64,000 bases of DNA. It comes from Massalongia carnosa. Lineage: Eukaryota. The stretch is from the NCBI GenBank assembly GCA_965645245.1, contig OZ287067.1, positions 930,001 to 994,000 on the forward strand, in the 5' to 3' direction. The translations under genes and the position numbers were made by a program. Below the pieces are notes generated by a model that saw nothing but the letters and a program-made list of their open reading frames with translations, did no database searches and had not been told where the DNA came from. How positions within the stretch are numbered: position 1 is the first letter of the stretch; every line of letters starts with the position of its first letter. Of the stretch, positions 12,301 to 22,800 are shown in pieces.

Positions 12301-13760
12301 ATCGAATCCAATTAGCCGAATGCGAAGATAGGGACGGTATCTTGTATTTTCGAAACAAGAAATACGTACCTCGATCCGATCGTCTGAGGCTTCGTATCAT
12401 TCAACTCGCTCACGATAGCGTCGCCGGCGGACATCCGGGCCGTTCCAAATGCCATGAGTTGGTAAATCGATCCTACTGGTGGCCCAGCATGCATCAGTCC
12501 ATCAAGCGATTTATCCGAAACTGCCACACTTGCAGAAGATCAAAACCATCCCGCCAGCGCTATCAGGGCTGGCTACGCCCACTCCCCCCCCCCGAGCGCA
12601 GATGGCGGGATATTTCCATGGATTATGTAGGCCCCCTGACCCCCAGCACCTTCATGGGAATCACTTATCGCTACATCTTGGTGGTTATAGATCGCCTGTC
12701 CAAGATGCGACATTTCATTCCTATCACGTCCATGGAAGTTGAAGACGCCGCCGATGCGTTCTATCAGAATGTCTGGAAACTACATGGGCTTCCCGAAGCC
12801 ATGGTTTCTGATCGTGGCCCCCAATTCGTCTCCGATTTCTGGCAGCTCATGTGCAAGAGGCTGAAAATCGACGCCAAGCTATCCACCGGATACCACCCGG
12901 AGACCGACGGGCAGACCGAGCGAGCCAACGCCACCATGGAGCACTACCTAAGGGCTTATGTCAACTACATGCAGGATGACTGGGCACAATGGCTTCCTGG
13001 CGCCGAATTCGCCAGCAATAACACCGATTCATCTAGTATCCTGGCCTCCCCCTTCCTAGCCAACTTCGGGCAACATCCCCGCATGGGATTTGAACCGGAG
13101 GAACCCCTGCCGCAAGACCTAACCGCTCAGGGCAGAGCAAACCTAGTTGCAGCCAATCAGTTCGTGAATAAGATGCAGGATATCGACACTCATCTTCGAG
13201 ACGAAATGCTGATGGCCCAAGCTTCGTACGAAGCAACTGCAAATGCTAACCGACGTCCCTGCCCCCGCTATTTCGTTGGCGATATGGTGTGGCTAAGCAC
13301 CAGAAATATCCAAACCGCTCGCCCCACAGTCAAGCTGGATGACCGAAATATCGGCCCCTACCGCGTCAGCAAGGTGTTTTCCAACCCCTTGATCGTACAG
13401 CTGGAGCTTCCCGATACCGTCAAAATCCATCCCGTCTTTCACGTCAATCTGTTGCAGCATGATGCCAATGACCCCCTCCCCGGGCAGAGACCGGAGCCTA
13501 GAGACCCCGTCATCGCCGAAGATGGCCAACGAGAATGGTATGTCAATAGGGTATTGAATTCCAAGCTCGACCGACGTTTTCAACCCCCGCTTCTGAAATA
13601 CCTAGTGGATTGGGAAGGGCATCCTTCCACCTGGGAGCCTTTCAACTATCTCATCAATTGTCAGCAAGTCATAGACGAATACCACCAAGCCTATCCCAAT
13701 GCGGCCGGCCCTCATCTAAACCCCTGTCAAATTCCCCGTTGCCAATGCCACGAGGCATAG
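9333..13760 (+). CDS. pol: B1 Pol (PR-RT-RH-IN-chromodomain)
   Basis: LIDCGA, YLDD, ETDASDY, HHCC/DDE, EWYVNRVL chromo-like C-terminus. Confidence 0.97.
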   Translation: MQGLPPLLISSCLMASFSPSLRSNTRFSAASALELFESDKTFRDSHMVMTGILRLSRSRIRTYNLIDCGASGFSFIDEKFAHTNQIPLHLLKYPRRLEGFDGQRALSGNITHVAEITMDLEGHVEKLFLYVTGLKNYPIILGHPWLRRHNAIADFGHNTLTFASPYCLTHCCPHPVKLQAVEEEFLTPAESRKIWDEEILEDALGKVINQDTSIRTSITSLEEGEEIPTIRNSIPDNPVKIEESIPLFKTARRDFTLIKPEINEPEPQPQNPTDEPSRIENAIQQGLPPPKIRYRSPSKLRTSTQRRAHQAARKTTPQMNVCEIGAISFNRLTRKKNHDSFALSMKEIDLFLGKTNPEPLVMKASPSSAPDLIEKAKKPSPAYQPLPSRASPHEKEIHLALFKMNKALTLATAVTREELDAYRESKNVDPAPLLPKQYHEFLDVFSKKKSEDLPPRRPYDHAINLKEGTQAPSQALYGMSRTEIEELRRYLDENLAKGFIRASRSHAASPVMFVKKPGGGLRFCVDYRALNAITIKDRYPLPLIAETLHQLIKAKIFTKIDIIAAFNMLRIREGDEELTAFRTRFGLFESLVLPFGLCNGPASFQHFINDTLHEYLADFCTAYLDDILIYSDNELEHEVHVKKILSRLRDAGLQADITKCKFHVTEIAYLGMIVTTEGIKMDPAKVETVVNWPNLVNVKDVQSFLGFANFYRRFVYGFSDIAGPLTNLTKKETEFLWTDKCQLAFEMLKKAFTSDVILRHFDPDRPIIVETDASDYVSGGILSQYDDDGILHPVAYFSKKHNPAECNYEIYDKELMAIVRCFEEWRPELEGSAFPISVISDHKNLEYFASTKQLSRRQARWSEFLSRFDFKIVYRPGKAGGKPDALTRRSGDLPKEGDDTDERRKFQHQTILKTENLDEEVAKSYLRSILLAPAFLDDADIEEAEPQLDEDLIDPDEDISTELLWEQALTRDQFAPEVLEALRNNERHHNRIQLAECEDRDGILYFRNKKYVPRSDRLRLRIIQLAHDSVAGGHPGRSKCHELVNRSYWWPSMHQSIKRFIRNCHTCRRSKPSRQRYQGWLRPLPPPERRWRDISMDYVGPLTPSTFMGITYRYILVVIDRLSKMRHFIPITSMEVEDAADAFYQNVWKLHGLPEAMVSDRGPQFVSDFWQLMCKRLKIDAKLSTGYHPETDGQTERANATMEHYLRAYVNYMQDDWAQWLPGAEFASNNTDSSSILASPFLANFGQHPRMGFEPEEPLPQDLTAQGRANLVAANQFVNKMQDIDTHLRDEMLMAQASYEATANANRRPCPRYFVGDMVWLSTRNIQTARPTVKLDDRNIGPYRVSKVFSNPLIVQLELPDTVKIHPVFHVNLLQHDANDPLPGQRPEPRDPVIAEDGQREWYVNRVLNSKLDRRFQPPLLKYLVDWEGHPSTWEPFNYLINCQQVIDEYHQAYPNAAGPHLNPCQIPRCQCHEA

Positions 13761-14507
13761 ATAAGATGGCATCGCAGGAGCTCTGCCTTGAAGGGGGAGC
13801 TACTGTCATGAAATGCCTCCGACCTCACCACGTGCCTCTATCACGTGCCTTGATCTGATGACTACTCACGGACGTCGTGCCATGCCTTCGGGACCCTCAT
13901 ATCATTCTTCGAATTCGCCGATTACTGATCATTAATCAGCCTCGCATTGATGTTTGACATCTCCCGTCTCCTCGCTGACCCCATCGTGCTTATTGCCGCT
14001 ATAATGCCCCTCATTCATCATCGCACTGACTAGACATCATTCGCCGCCACCCTAGAAAGATGAATATGGGAGGACAAAGATATAAGAAAGAAGTCGAATC
14101 ATGGAAGTTCTGATTCTTTGTCGAACGTCTTGAATAGCCAACCTAGCCTAGCCTAGATTCATAGCTATAGACTCAATCAATAAGCTTGACCATCAACCCA
14201 CCTTGCCTTTGCCCTTGCCCTCGACCTGATTTCGTGACAAGTACAGTGAACACCTACCAGTTCAATGAACATAGCACCTACGACTGCCCAAGATGGACAG
14301 AGCACCTACAGAAACCGTAGATGCCGTATTAGGCTTAGCCTAGAGATTAGATAAGATCAGCTCAGATAATCTTATCACCTCGCTTAGCAGAGGGTGACCA
14401 GTTATGGGACAAAGACTGCTGAACAGCACTCTTCATCCTTAACATCACGGTCATACATACCATTTTTATCATAGCCATATAGCCATAGTCATATACCTAT
14501 TTCAACA

Positions 14508-14519
14508 GGTTATGAGCCC
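14508..14519 (+). promoter_or_regulatory. C1 primer-binding site (Ty5/copia-type, initiator tRNA-Met fragment)
   Basis: GGTTATGAGCCC directly after the LTR; matches the anticodon-arm PBS type known from copia and Ty5. Confidence 0.85.
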
Positions 14520-15062
14520 GGAAGGGCGCTATCGATTCAATCACGAATCGAATTGCTCATCCGCAGCACTACAGTGCATAATAGCTAAGCATCATCGTTT
14601 ACAAAAAAAAAACCCCTTAGATGCAATACTAAAAAATTTCTTTGCGTACTTAGAATTTACCTCACCACGATTATCTATCGTGAACTACGCACACGCATCA
14701 TTACACGAAATTCAAATGCACAATACCTACAAAGACCTTGGACACCAGACAGGCCGTTAGCCCAAAGGCCCAAGGCAATCTCAACAAACCTTTGAATAGC
14801 GTGTATGCCTGGAGATTAGAAGGAACGATGAACCTCTAAAGACCAAAGGATACCACTATGTCAACTAGGTTCAGGGAGCAGGAAGAGATACAGACCCATC
14901 TTGGAAAAGTAGTCCTTCCTTGCCAAAAGAGATTTCTTGAACGCCACAGAAGGGAAAACATGGGAGTAGTGAAAGTGGAAGAACCCTGTTTCATTTAACA
15001 GGCCCTGTGCCTGTTAAATGAAAACGGTATATCCCTGTTCAGACTCTGTTTTTCCTTGTCGT

Positions 15063-15314
15063 CAAGTGATAGATAAAAGTTCACTAGGATACAAGCCGAT
15101 GATAGGTCAAAGTTCATCAGGTTACAATCAAGCCACCAAGTGATAGATAAAATTTCACTAGGATAGAAGCCGATGATAGATCAAAGTTCATCAGGTTACA
15201 ATCAAGCCACCAAGTGATAGGTAAAAGTTCACTAGGATACAAGCCGATGATAGATCAAAGTTCATCAGACTACAATCAAGCCACCAAGTGTTAGACAAAT
15301 TTTCACTAGGATAT
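15063..15314 (+). repeat. 74-bp tandem array (about 3.4 copies) in the C1 leader
   Basis: Units start at 15063, 15137, 15211 and 15285 (CAAGTGATAG...CAAGCCAC). Confidence 0.92.
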
Positions 15315-15504
15315 GGGCTTGGAGCAAATATTGCTAGGACAATGAGGTGCATGATGATAAGTAAAAGGAATGCTGCTTGTTTTTCTCATAAGGAGAAGTC
15401 AACACATCATCCTCCTACTTTATCCCTCACACATTGTATTATAGAACTCTAAGATATAAAAATCAAGTTCTTCATTCACAAGCTTTCTACTCTTCATTCA
15501 CAAG

Positions 15505-16446
15505 ATGTCTAGTTCTACTCAAGACGTGATTCAGTTGTTAGAAAAAGCGGAAGATTATCCACAATGGGTTGTGCACACCGAGGGCATTCTGAAGCAAAAG
15601 AATTGTATCTTTGCTATTCAAGACAACATTGCCGCTATCACGTATCAGACAGTCAAGCGCAAGTACTTGGAGATGGGCTTCACCGAGGCGAATCTCAAGG
15701 ATGAACAAATCTTTACCAAAGTCGGAGCTGACGTTGAAAAGCAGAGCCTTCTCATGCTCAAGGCCGAAGGAATCATTCAAATGCGTGTCGCCCCACAGCA
15801 TCACACTCTGATATCAACCCGCACAGCTGGCGATATGTGGAGAATCTTGAAGATCAAGTTTCAGGACATCGCACCCATGAGCATCACCGACATTCTCTAC
15901 AACATGAACTCCAAGAAGATGACGAATTATGAGAATGTCACTCAATACTGCGCTGAGTATGAAAAAGCATTGAACTCCATAAAAGGCATGATAGATGAGG
16001 ACTCGGAACTGAACGCAAAGGGAGCAGAACAAGTCCTTCAAGGATACTTGTTACGAAACGTCATCGAGGACTATCTACCCCTTATAGCTCAACTTCGTCG
16101 GGATTGGATTACTGGCAGATCGAACCTCACGACTGCATGCAGATCAATCACCGCTTACTCCATCAGCAGGCCAGAGAGGAAGGCACTCCACATCAATGCT
16201 TCCAGAACTGGCGTTGCCGGAAACAACGGAAAAGCACCACCAGGAACTTGCACCTTTCCAGAATGTGTCCGAAGAGGGCGGACTTCCCACTTACTAGAGA
16301 AATGCTTTCAGAAATACCCAAATCTGAGACGTCAAACATACCCCTTGGAGTCTATGAAGACAAGAGGAACAAGGACCTCTGATTCCAAAACGGAAACGGT
16401 CCCGACATCCACCGTATCAACAGACCTACCAACTGTGAGCAGTTGA
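15505..16446 (+). CDS. gag: C1 Gag
   Basis: 313-aa ORF; copia Gag-like motif (DMWRILKIKF) and knuckle-like CTFPECVRRGRTSHLLEKC. Confidence 0.9.
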   Translation: MSSSTQDVIQLLEKAEDYPQWVVHTEGILKQKNCIFAIQDNIAAITYQTVKRKYLEMGFTEANLKDEQIFTKVGADVEKQSLLMLKAEGIIQMRVAPQHHTLISTRTAGDMWRILKIKFQDIAPMSITDILYNMNSKKMTNYENVTQYCAEYEKALNSIKGMIDEDSELNAKGAEQVLQGYLLRNVIEDYLPLIAQLRRDWITGRSNLTTACRSITAYSISRPERKALHINASRTGVAGNNGKAPPGTCTFPECVRRGRTSHLLEKCFQKYPNLRRQTYPLESMKTRGTRTSDSKTETVPTSTVSTDLPTVSS

Positions 16447-16458
16447 CTCACAAAGGTC

Positions 16459-19400
16459 ATGACCGTTAGACTACAGAAGGTCATGACTATGACAAGTCTC
16501 AGTAGAAGTTCTTGGCTATTGGACAGCGCGGCAGATATGCATGTATGCAATCACAGACCCTCTTTCACTGACTACATAGACTATCCTACAGGACTAGCAG
16601 GATCAACGTCCACAGGCACATCGCCAGGAAGAGGGACTATTCAAAAAACTTTGACATCAGAGGACGGATCACCTTGTTCAGTTTTGACCCTCAACAATGT
16701 ACTTTACATTCCTCAATGCCCTGTGAGCCTCGTCAGCCTTGGACTACTCAATCAGCATTCTATTTTCTATGATAACTCGAACTGGAGACTGTTCCTTGAA
16801 CCTACCAAGAAAATCATATGTTATGTACCCAGAGTTAACAGCAACTTCATGCTACAAACCATAGACACTCTAGATATGAGGATGCATCTGAACAAGATTG
16901 ACGAGAACACTTATCAAGAAGAAAACGTCGCTATTCATCAAACTTTCATAAAATTCAAGCTCACAACTTGGCATGCACGTCTTGGTCATCTCAACATACC
17001 GACATGCCGAAAGTACCTGAAAACACTGAACATAACGTTTGTTGACGATATCAATCAGGGTTGGTTCTGTCATGCTTGCGAGATGGGGAAAGCCACCAAG
17101 ATATACAATCGAACTCCACAAGAGAAAGCCACGGAGATCTTCCAGAAAATAAACTCCGACATGGTAGGACCAATCAAACCAGTAGGGCTCCTTGAAGAGC
17201 TCTACTTCTTCACCTTCACCTGTGACGCCAGCAGATACACTCATGTTTATACGGGACACAAAAAAAGTGAATGGTTTGATCACTTGTTGACATACAACAA
17301 CATGGCTCAAAACAAATCTGGGAAAGCGAAACCAATAAGCATCTTTCGCACTGACTTCGGCACAGAACTACGCAGTCACAAGTCAGATAACTGGTTCCTT
17401 CAACAAGGTATAATATATGAACCTTCCGCCACATATTCTCAAGAAGAAAACGGTGTCGCAGAACGAATGGGTAGGACCATCATGGACATGACAAGATGCA
17501 CAGTTATTGGTGGAGGAATTCCAGATTATCTGTGGACAGAAGTCGTTTTAGCCATGGTTCACACCAAAAACGTTAGACCAACAAACGCCTTGGGAGGTAA
17601 AACCCCCTATGAAGTCTTTGAGAACAAACCACCCAAGCTAGATCACTTGAGAGTACTTGGATCCACCGTTTATGCATTGATTCATGAACAAGAGCGAAAG
17701 GGAATGAACAGCAAGTCTGCAAAATTCGCCCCAAGAGCTCAGAAAGGAATCTTGTGTGGATATGACGGAAACACTATCTATCGCGTCTTCCTGGAAAAAG
17801 ACTACAAGGTCATTCGAGTCAAAGATCTACGAATTCATGAAGATGCTATAGACAAGAATGAGACTGATCTGCCTACATACGATTCCGTGATGATTGTTGA
17901 AGAAGATGAGAATCTGCCTAAAGCCATTTCCAACTCTTCCAGAACTCAACCACGGTTAAATCCCGAAGTCACTGAAGCTTCAAAACGAGGAAGAGGTAGG
18001 CCCAGGAAACATGCTCATGTAGCACAAGTACTGGCCCTTCTGTCTAATGAAGCACTGACTGAACCAGAGCATATCTTCACAATGGTAGACAAAGATGAAG
18101 AAGATCCACTCATACTTCTAGCCAAGGAAATGGAAAAAGAGGGAGCAGCAAACCTAAACGATCTTGATGCGTTCGTTCAATCAGACATAGCTGAGCCACA
18201 GACATATCATCAAGCAATGAACTCCAGCTATTCAAACGAATGGAGCCTGGCAATGAACGAAGAGCACAAGAGCCTCATGGAAAACAACACCTGGGACACT
18301 GTACCTATCGAAACCATGAAACTTGGACACATAGCATTAAGCGGTAAGTGGGTATACAAGCTAAAGAAAGATGTGAATGGAAACATCACCCGCTTCAAAG
18401 CTAGATGGGTCGTCAAGGGATATCTACAACAATACGGAGTAGACTTCGATCAAACCTTCGCTTCTGTGGTCAAGCCGATGGCCTTTCGTCTGATATTCGC
18501 ATTAGCTGCTTATCATGACTTGGATATCGAACAACTCGATATAGTGACAGCTTTCCTCAATGGCTTCATTGATCAACTCATCTATGTTCACATGCCAAAA
18601 GGTTATGACGTACCCGGCATGATATGTAAACTGAACAAGGCCCTGTATGGTCTAAAACAGTCTCCTCGCCTCTGGTATGAACGACTTTCTACCTTTCTGC
18701 TGCAAAAATTAGGACTCGAGAAGCTTCACGCAGACCACAGCATCTTCGCCACACCTCAAGGCATAAAAGGTCCCATCGTTACTTCTTTCGTTGATGATCT
18801 GAACATCATAGGTCCAAAGGGCTCCCAAATGATCACCGAAGTCAAGAGACAACTCAAGCTAGCATTCAAAATGGTAGACATGGGACCGATCAGTTACTAC
18901 TTAGGTCTCAAGGTCGAACGAGATCGAGTCAAAAGGATCATCAAGCTATCTCAACCAACCTATATTGAGAAAGTGCTAGAAAGATTTCATATGCAAAATG
19001 CAAAAACAGCCAATACTCCCATGCGAGAAGAATGTCTTTTCACCAATGAATCCCAAGCCTCCGACAAAGACATTAGACAATATCAAACCATTGTTGGATC
19101 CATCATGTTCGCGATGATAGAAACAAGACCCGACATTGCTTTTGCAACATCTGCAGTCAGTCGACATTCGAAAAATCCAAGCAGGACACACATGGAAGCG
19201 GCCAAACATATTCTCAGGTATCTTAGCGCTACCAAGGACAGAGGTATCACCTTCGGCGGAGGAGACCTGACAATACAAGGGTATTCCGATTCCGACTGGG
19301 CCGGAGACAAGGAAGAACGCAAGTCAACGTCTGGTTATGTCTTCATGTTAAACAATGGACCCATAAGCTGGTGCTCCAAAAGACAAACAACCGTCGCATT

Positions 19401-19824
19401 ATCATCAACTGAAGCAGAGTATATGGCACTTACCTTAGCAGCAAAGGAGGCCACATGGCTACGTTTACTGATGACCGAACTTGGATTAATGACTATAGAC
19501 AACGAATCCCCAACGGTAAATGTGTTAAGAGGAGAAGGCACCATCGCATTAAAAGGCGACAATCAAAGCGCCATAGCCCTTGCCAACAATCCTGTCTTAC
19601 ACGCTAGGACTAAGCACATAGACATTCAGCATCACTTCATCCGGAACGAGGTCCTCGAGGGACGAATCGACCTCACCTATGTCTCAACAGAAGACATGAT
19701 AGCAGACGGACTGACAAAACCTCTCACTCATGTTAAGTTCTTCTCGTTTGTCAGACAATTACACATGGATAACAATTCAACCACGGTTGAACCTACAGGC
19801 AAAACAAGTACTGGCAGGACTTGA
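16459..19824 (+). CDS. pol: C1 Pol (PR-IN-RT-RNase H), in frame with gag behind a single TGA
   Basis: WLLDSAA protease, WHARLGH..CHAC integrase zinc finger, KARWVVKG/LYGLKQSPR/FVDD RT, YSDSDWAG RNase H. Confidence 0.97.
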   Translation: MTVRLQKVMTMTSLSRSSWLLDSAADMHVCNHRPSFTDYIDYPTGLAGSTSTGTSPGRGTIQKTLTSEDGSPCSVLTLNNVLYIPQCPVSLVSLGLLNQHSIFYDNSNWRLFLEPTKKIICYVPRVNSNFMLQTIDTLDMRMHLNKIDENTYQEENVAIHQTFIKFKLTTWHARLGHLNIPTCRKYLKTLNITFVDDINQGWFCHACEMGKATKIYNRTPQEKATEIFQKINSDMVGPIKPVGLLEELYFFTFTCDASRYTHVYTGHKKSEWFDHLLTYNNMAQNKSGKAKPISIFRTDFGTELRSHKSDNWFLQQGIIYEPSATYSQEENGVAERMGRTIMDMTRCTVIGGGIPDYLWTEVVLAMVHTKNVRPTNALGGKTPYEVFENKPPKLDHLRVLGSTVYALIHEQERKGMNSKSAKFAPRAQKGILCGYDGNTIYRVFLEKDYKVIRVKDLRIHEDAIDKNETDLPTYDSVMIVEEDENLPKAISNSSRTQPRLNPEVTEASKRGRGRPRKHAHVAQVLALLSNEALTEPEHIFTMVDKDEEDPLILLAKEMEKEGAANLNDLDAFVQSDIAEPQTYHQAMNSSYSNEWSLAMNEEHKSLMENNTWDTVPIETMKLGHIALSGKWVYKLKKDVNGNITRFKARWVVKGYLQQYGVDFDQTFASVVKPMAFRLIFALAAYHDLDIEQLDIVTAFLNGFIDQLIYVHMPKGYDVPGMICKLNKALYGLKQSPRLWYERLSTFLLQKLGLEKLHADHSIFATPQGIKGPIVTSFVDDLNIIGPKGSQMITEVKRQLKLAFKMVDMGPISYYLGLKVERDRVKRIIKLSQPTYIEKVLERFHMQNAKTANTPMREECLFTNESQASDKDIRQYQTIVGSIMFAMIETRPDIAFATSAVSRHSKNPSRTHMEAAKHILRYLSATKDRGITFGGGDLTIQGYSDSDWAGDKEERKSTSGYVFMLNNGPISWCSKRQTTVALSSTEAEYMALTLAAKEATWLRLLMTELGLMTIDNESPTVNVLRGEGTIALKGDNQSAIALANNPVLHARTKHIDIQHHFIRNEVLEGRIDLTYVSTEDMIADGLTKPLTHVKFFSFVRQLHMDNNSTTVEPTGKTSTGRT

Positions 19825-20126
19825 GGGGGGGTGTTGAATATTCAACTCCTACCAGTACAGTGAACACCTACCAGTTCAATGAACATAGCACCTACGACTG
19901 CCCAAGATGGACAGAGCACCTACAGAAACCGTAGATGCCGTATTAGGCTTAGCCTAGAGATTAGATAAGATCAGCTCAGATAATCTTATCACCTCGCTTA
20001 GCAGAGGGTGACCAGTTATGGGACAAAGACTGCTGAACAGCACTCTTCATCCTTAACATCACGGTCATACATACCATTTTTATCATAGCCATATAGCCAT
20101 AGTCATATACCTATTTCAACATATTT

Positions 20127-20528
20127 CGACGCTGAAACGAGAAAATGCGACATTACGAAAAAACAATCACGCATGTCTCAATTGAACGACTTGTTACAAA
20201 AACGACTGTCAGATACATATATTCGAAAAAAAAGATTTCGAATGATATTTCAAGAAATCACGAAAATCAAGAAAACAGCAGCAGTCAACGCAAGAAGAAT
20301 CGAGAAAAGACATAATCTTTTGATAAAAAGCATATCAAAAGAGATCAACACAATAATTCAAAAGCAATTAAATTCAGTTAATTATGCACGAATATTTCAA
20401 ACGTCGATTAATGTCAGCGAACATCGATTACAAGCAATGATTGATTCGAACGCGACAGAGAATTTTATGTCGTAATTTCTTGTCGATAAAAAAGAATTAT
20501 TTATTCGAAAAAAAGACGACGCGTACGA
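20127..20528 (+). pseudogene. A gag end and protease remnant
   Basis: QAMIDSNATENF is a degenerate aspartic-protease motif; flanked by the C1 and E TSDs. Confidence 0.8.
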
Positions 20529-21648
20529 TGTAATACGGATGGCGCTAGAGGGATACGTGATCGCCTATGGCGGTTGCGGGATTAACTAGCGTGGACCATG
20601 TCGTAGTACGAAGTCGCATAAGCCGTCGAGGCTGACACACTGCCATCTTGCCCCGAAACTTCGGAGTTATTGTTATCACGTTCTTGACTACTTACAGATC
20701 AAACACCTGTCGAGGCCGTGGTGGTAGATTGCCATGGAGTGTAAGGCGGACTCCTGTGGAGACGCCAAGGAACTCTATATGGGATCTACTGGCCTACTCG
20801 GAGCTACTGGATCTCTTGATGGATCAAGAGAGGTAGCAGGAGGCACGGCTCGCTGGACGCAGCTTGAGCTAGGCTCCCTGGTGTAAACTTCAGCTTCAAC
20901 CTTTATTACTACGTTGGTAGTGATGTCGGCTGAATGAACCTACATGACCTCGTTGTCTAGACCTTGTGTTTAGAGGCAGGTCCGCAGTGTAGCGAGGTAT
21001 TCAGTCGGAGGTAACCTTCCATCACTAGGTAGTGGTGACGGCGAAATGAAGCTACATAGCCTGAGGCATGTAGTGAGGGATCTAGCCGGGGGTAGAATTG
21101 TTCTACCTTGCAAGGGAAGGTCTAGAAGGCTGCTCGAGGCTGACTAGATGATCCAGCGAACGCCGAGTTCGTGGATGGATCCTGAGGGATGGTTGGATGT
21201 AATGCGATAAAGTCGAATGTGGATTGCAAGGCTGTAATGCTCGCAAGACTCCCAAGGCTTGCAAGGCTCCTAAGGTTCCAAGGCTCCCAAGGCTATAGGC
21301 TTGGGGTGAGTAGGATAAATATCAGAACGAATCTTGTAGTATTCGTTAGCAATTAGTCTTTATTCTATGAACAACCTACGTTTGGGTCTCGGACGAGATC
21401 TCTTGGTCTAAGCACTTCCACATCAATTAGTTCTTTGGATCACATATACTCTCGGAGACTAGCACGTAGTAGCTATCTTCCTCCTCTCACGCTGAGCATT
21501 TCCCCTTTCGAGATCAGTGTCGCTCGTGATAAGCTTACTGGTCTCGTAGCCCATTACAATTCTAATTGCTCTCATACCCTACGGGTCAGCCAGCCCGTTT
21601 GGAGGAAGCTTAGCTAGTGGAGCCATCTGTTTTTGAACTCCGCAAACG

Positions 21649-22800
21649 ATGTCTTCAAGCTCTCGCCCTCGCAGGAACGTTCGGCAAGGTCCAACAAGAT
21701 CTCCCCAGGCAGAAGATACTTCAAGGCCTGCGGAAGATAGGCCGACACCAAGTACTGAGGAAGCTACAAGCCCTGCCAAATACACCGAGGAAGATCTGCA
21801 GAGAATCACAAAGCTCTGCATGGAGTCGTTCCTCCAGGCACAAGGCAGTCGACATGAAGGCCCCCGAGAAGGTCAGTTGAAAGCTCGGTTCCCGGATCTC
21901 TACTATGGAAAGTCCCATATGGAGTGTTACCATTTCTGCCAACAATGCGAAGACCACTTTGACACCGCCGGCGCCACCGGGTCAAACCGTACACCCTTTG
22001 CCGCATCTTTCCTTCGTGGCCGGATTAGCTTTCGTTGGCACCAGCACAAACGTCGAAGCCAAGGCGAAGAGGTAGGACCTTTGTCTTGGATCGAGTTCAA
22101 GGCTTTCCTTCGGAAGAATCTTGGGGACTCCAGGGCTTTTGTGGACGCAACCTGGAGTAGGATCAAGCGGGACTCACAGTATCAACAAGAAGAAGTTCAG
22201 GATTGGGCTTCTCACCTGGAACATCTGCAATCTATACTCCTGGAGTTTGATGCTGAGGGAGCTCCAGAGGAGTCGGACCTTATCCGGTTCTTTCGTGAAG
22301 GCCTCAAGCCTTCGATAAAGGCCCAGATGGAACAACGAGGAAGGGAACTAGACAGTTGGGAGGAGCTGGTCGAAAAAGCGATCGATGCTGAGGCAAAAGC
22401 TAGCCTGCAGCCGCAATCGATCCTTCGTGAGATGGATCAGCGTTGTCCACATGGAAACCGGCCCGCTCATGCCACTGTGGCCAAACCCCAGACCTCTACT
22501 CGAGACCCTCGAGACGAGCCTAGCGAAAAGCCCAAACCGTCGGGTCCGAAGCAATTAAACTCCTCGCGCCCAGAGAACAGCGAGATTGCCGACAAGAAAG
22601 CTCGGAGAGAAAAGAAAAGGCAGCGACGTCTTGATCAAGGTCGAGATCGGAAAGGCTCGGAGTCCACTCCGGCCACCGGTGCCAACACTTCCAGTGGCAC
22701 CAGCAAGGACGTGTCCCAAATAACCTGCTTCAATTGCAACAAGAAGGGACACTACGCAAGTACTTGTCGCGAGCCCAAGAAGGATGCCTCAAAAAACTAG
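21649..22800 (+). CDS. gag: E Gag
   Basis: 383 aa; CFNCNKKGHYASTC knuckle; ends at the slippery site A_AAA_AAC (22791-22797). Confidence 0.94.
   Translation: MSSSSRPRRNVRQGPTRSPQAEDTSRPAEDRPTPSTEEATSPAKYTEEDLQRITKLCMESFLQAQGSRHEGPREGQLKARFPDLYYGKSHMECYHFCQQCEDHFDTAGATGSNRTPFAASFLRGRISFRWHQHKRRSQGEEVGPLSWIEFKAFLRKNLGDSRAFVDATWSRIKRDSQYQQEEVQDWASHLEHLQSILLEFDAEGAPEESDLIRFFREGLKPSIKAQMEQRGRELDSWEELVEKAIDAEAKASLQPQSILREMDQRCPHGNRPAHATVAKPQTSTRDPRDEPSEKPKPSGPKQLNSSRPENSEIADKKARREKKRQRRLDQGRDRKGSESTPATGANTSSGTSKDVSQITCFNCNKKGHYASTCREPKKDASKN

Larger units (their letters stand above)
1789..14239 (+). mobile_element. Element B1: intact Ty3/Gypsy chromovirus (5' LTR interrupted by D)
   Basis: 436-bp LTRs TGTCAT..GTGACA (1789-1942 plus 7815-8096; 13804-14239); TSD AGTAC (1784-1788/14240-14244); purine tract before the 3' LTR. 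Confidence 0.97.
1762..20121 (+). mobile_element. Element C1: intact Ty1/Copia retrotransposon (5' LTR interrupted by B1)
   Basis: 290-bp LTRs TGTTG..CAACA (1762-1788 plus 14245-14507; 19832-20121); TSD TATTT (1757-1761/20122-20126); PBS 14508; PPT 19823-19831; PR-IN-RT-RH order. Confidence 0.97.
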
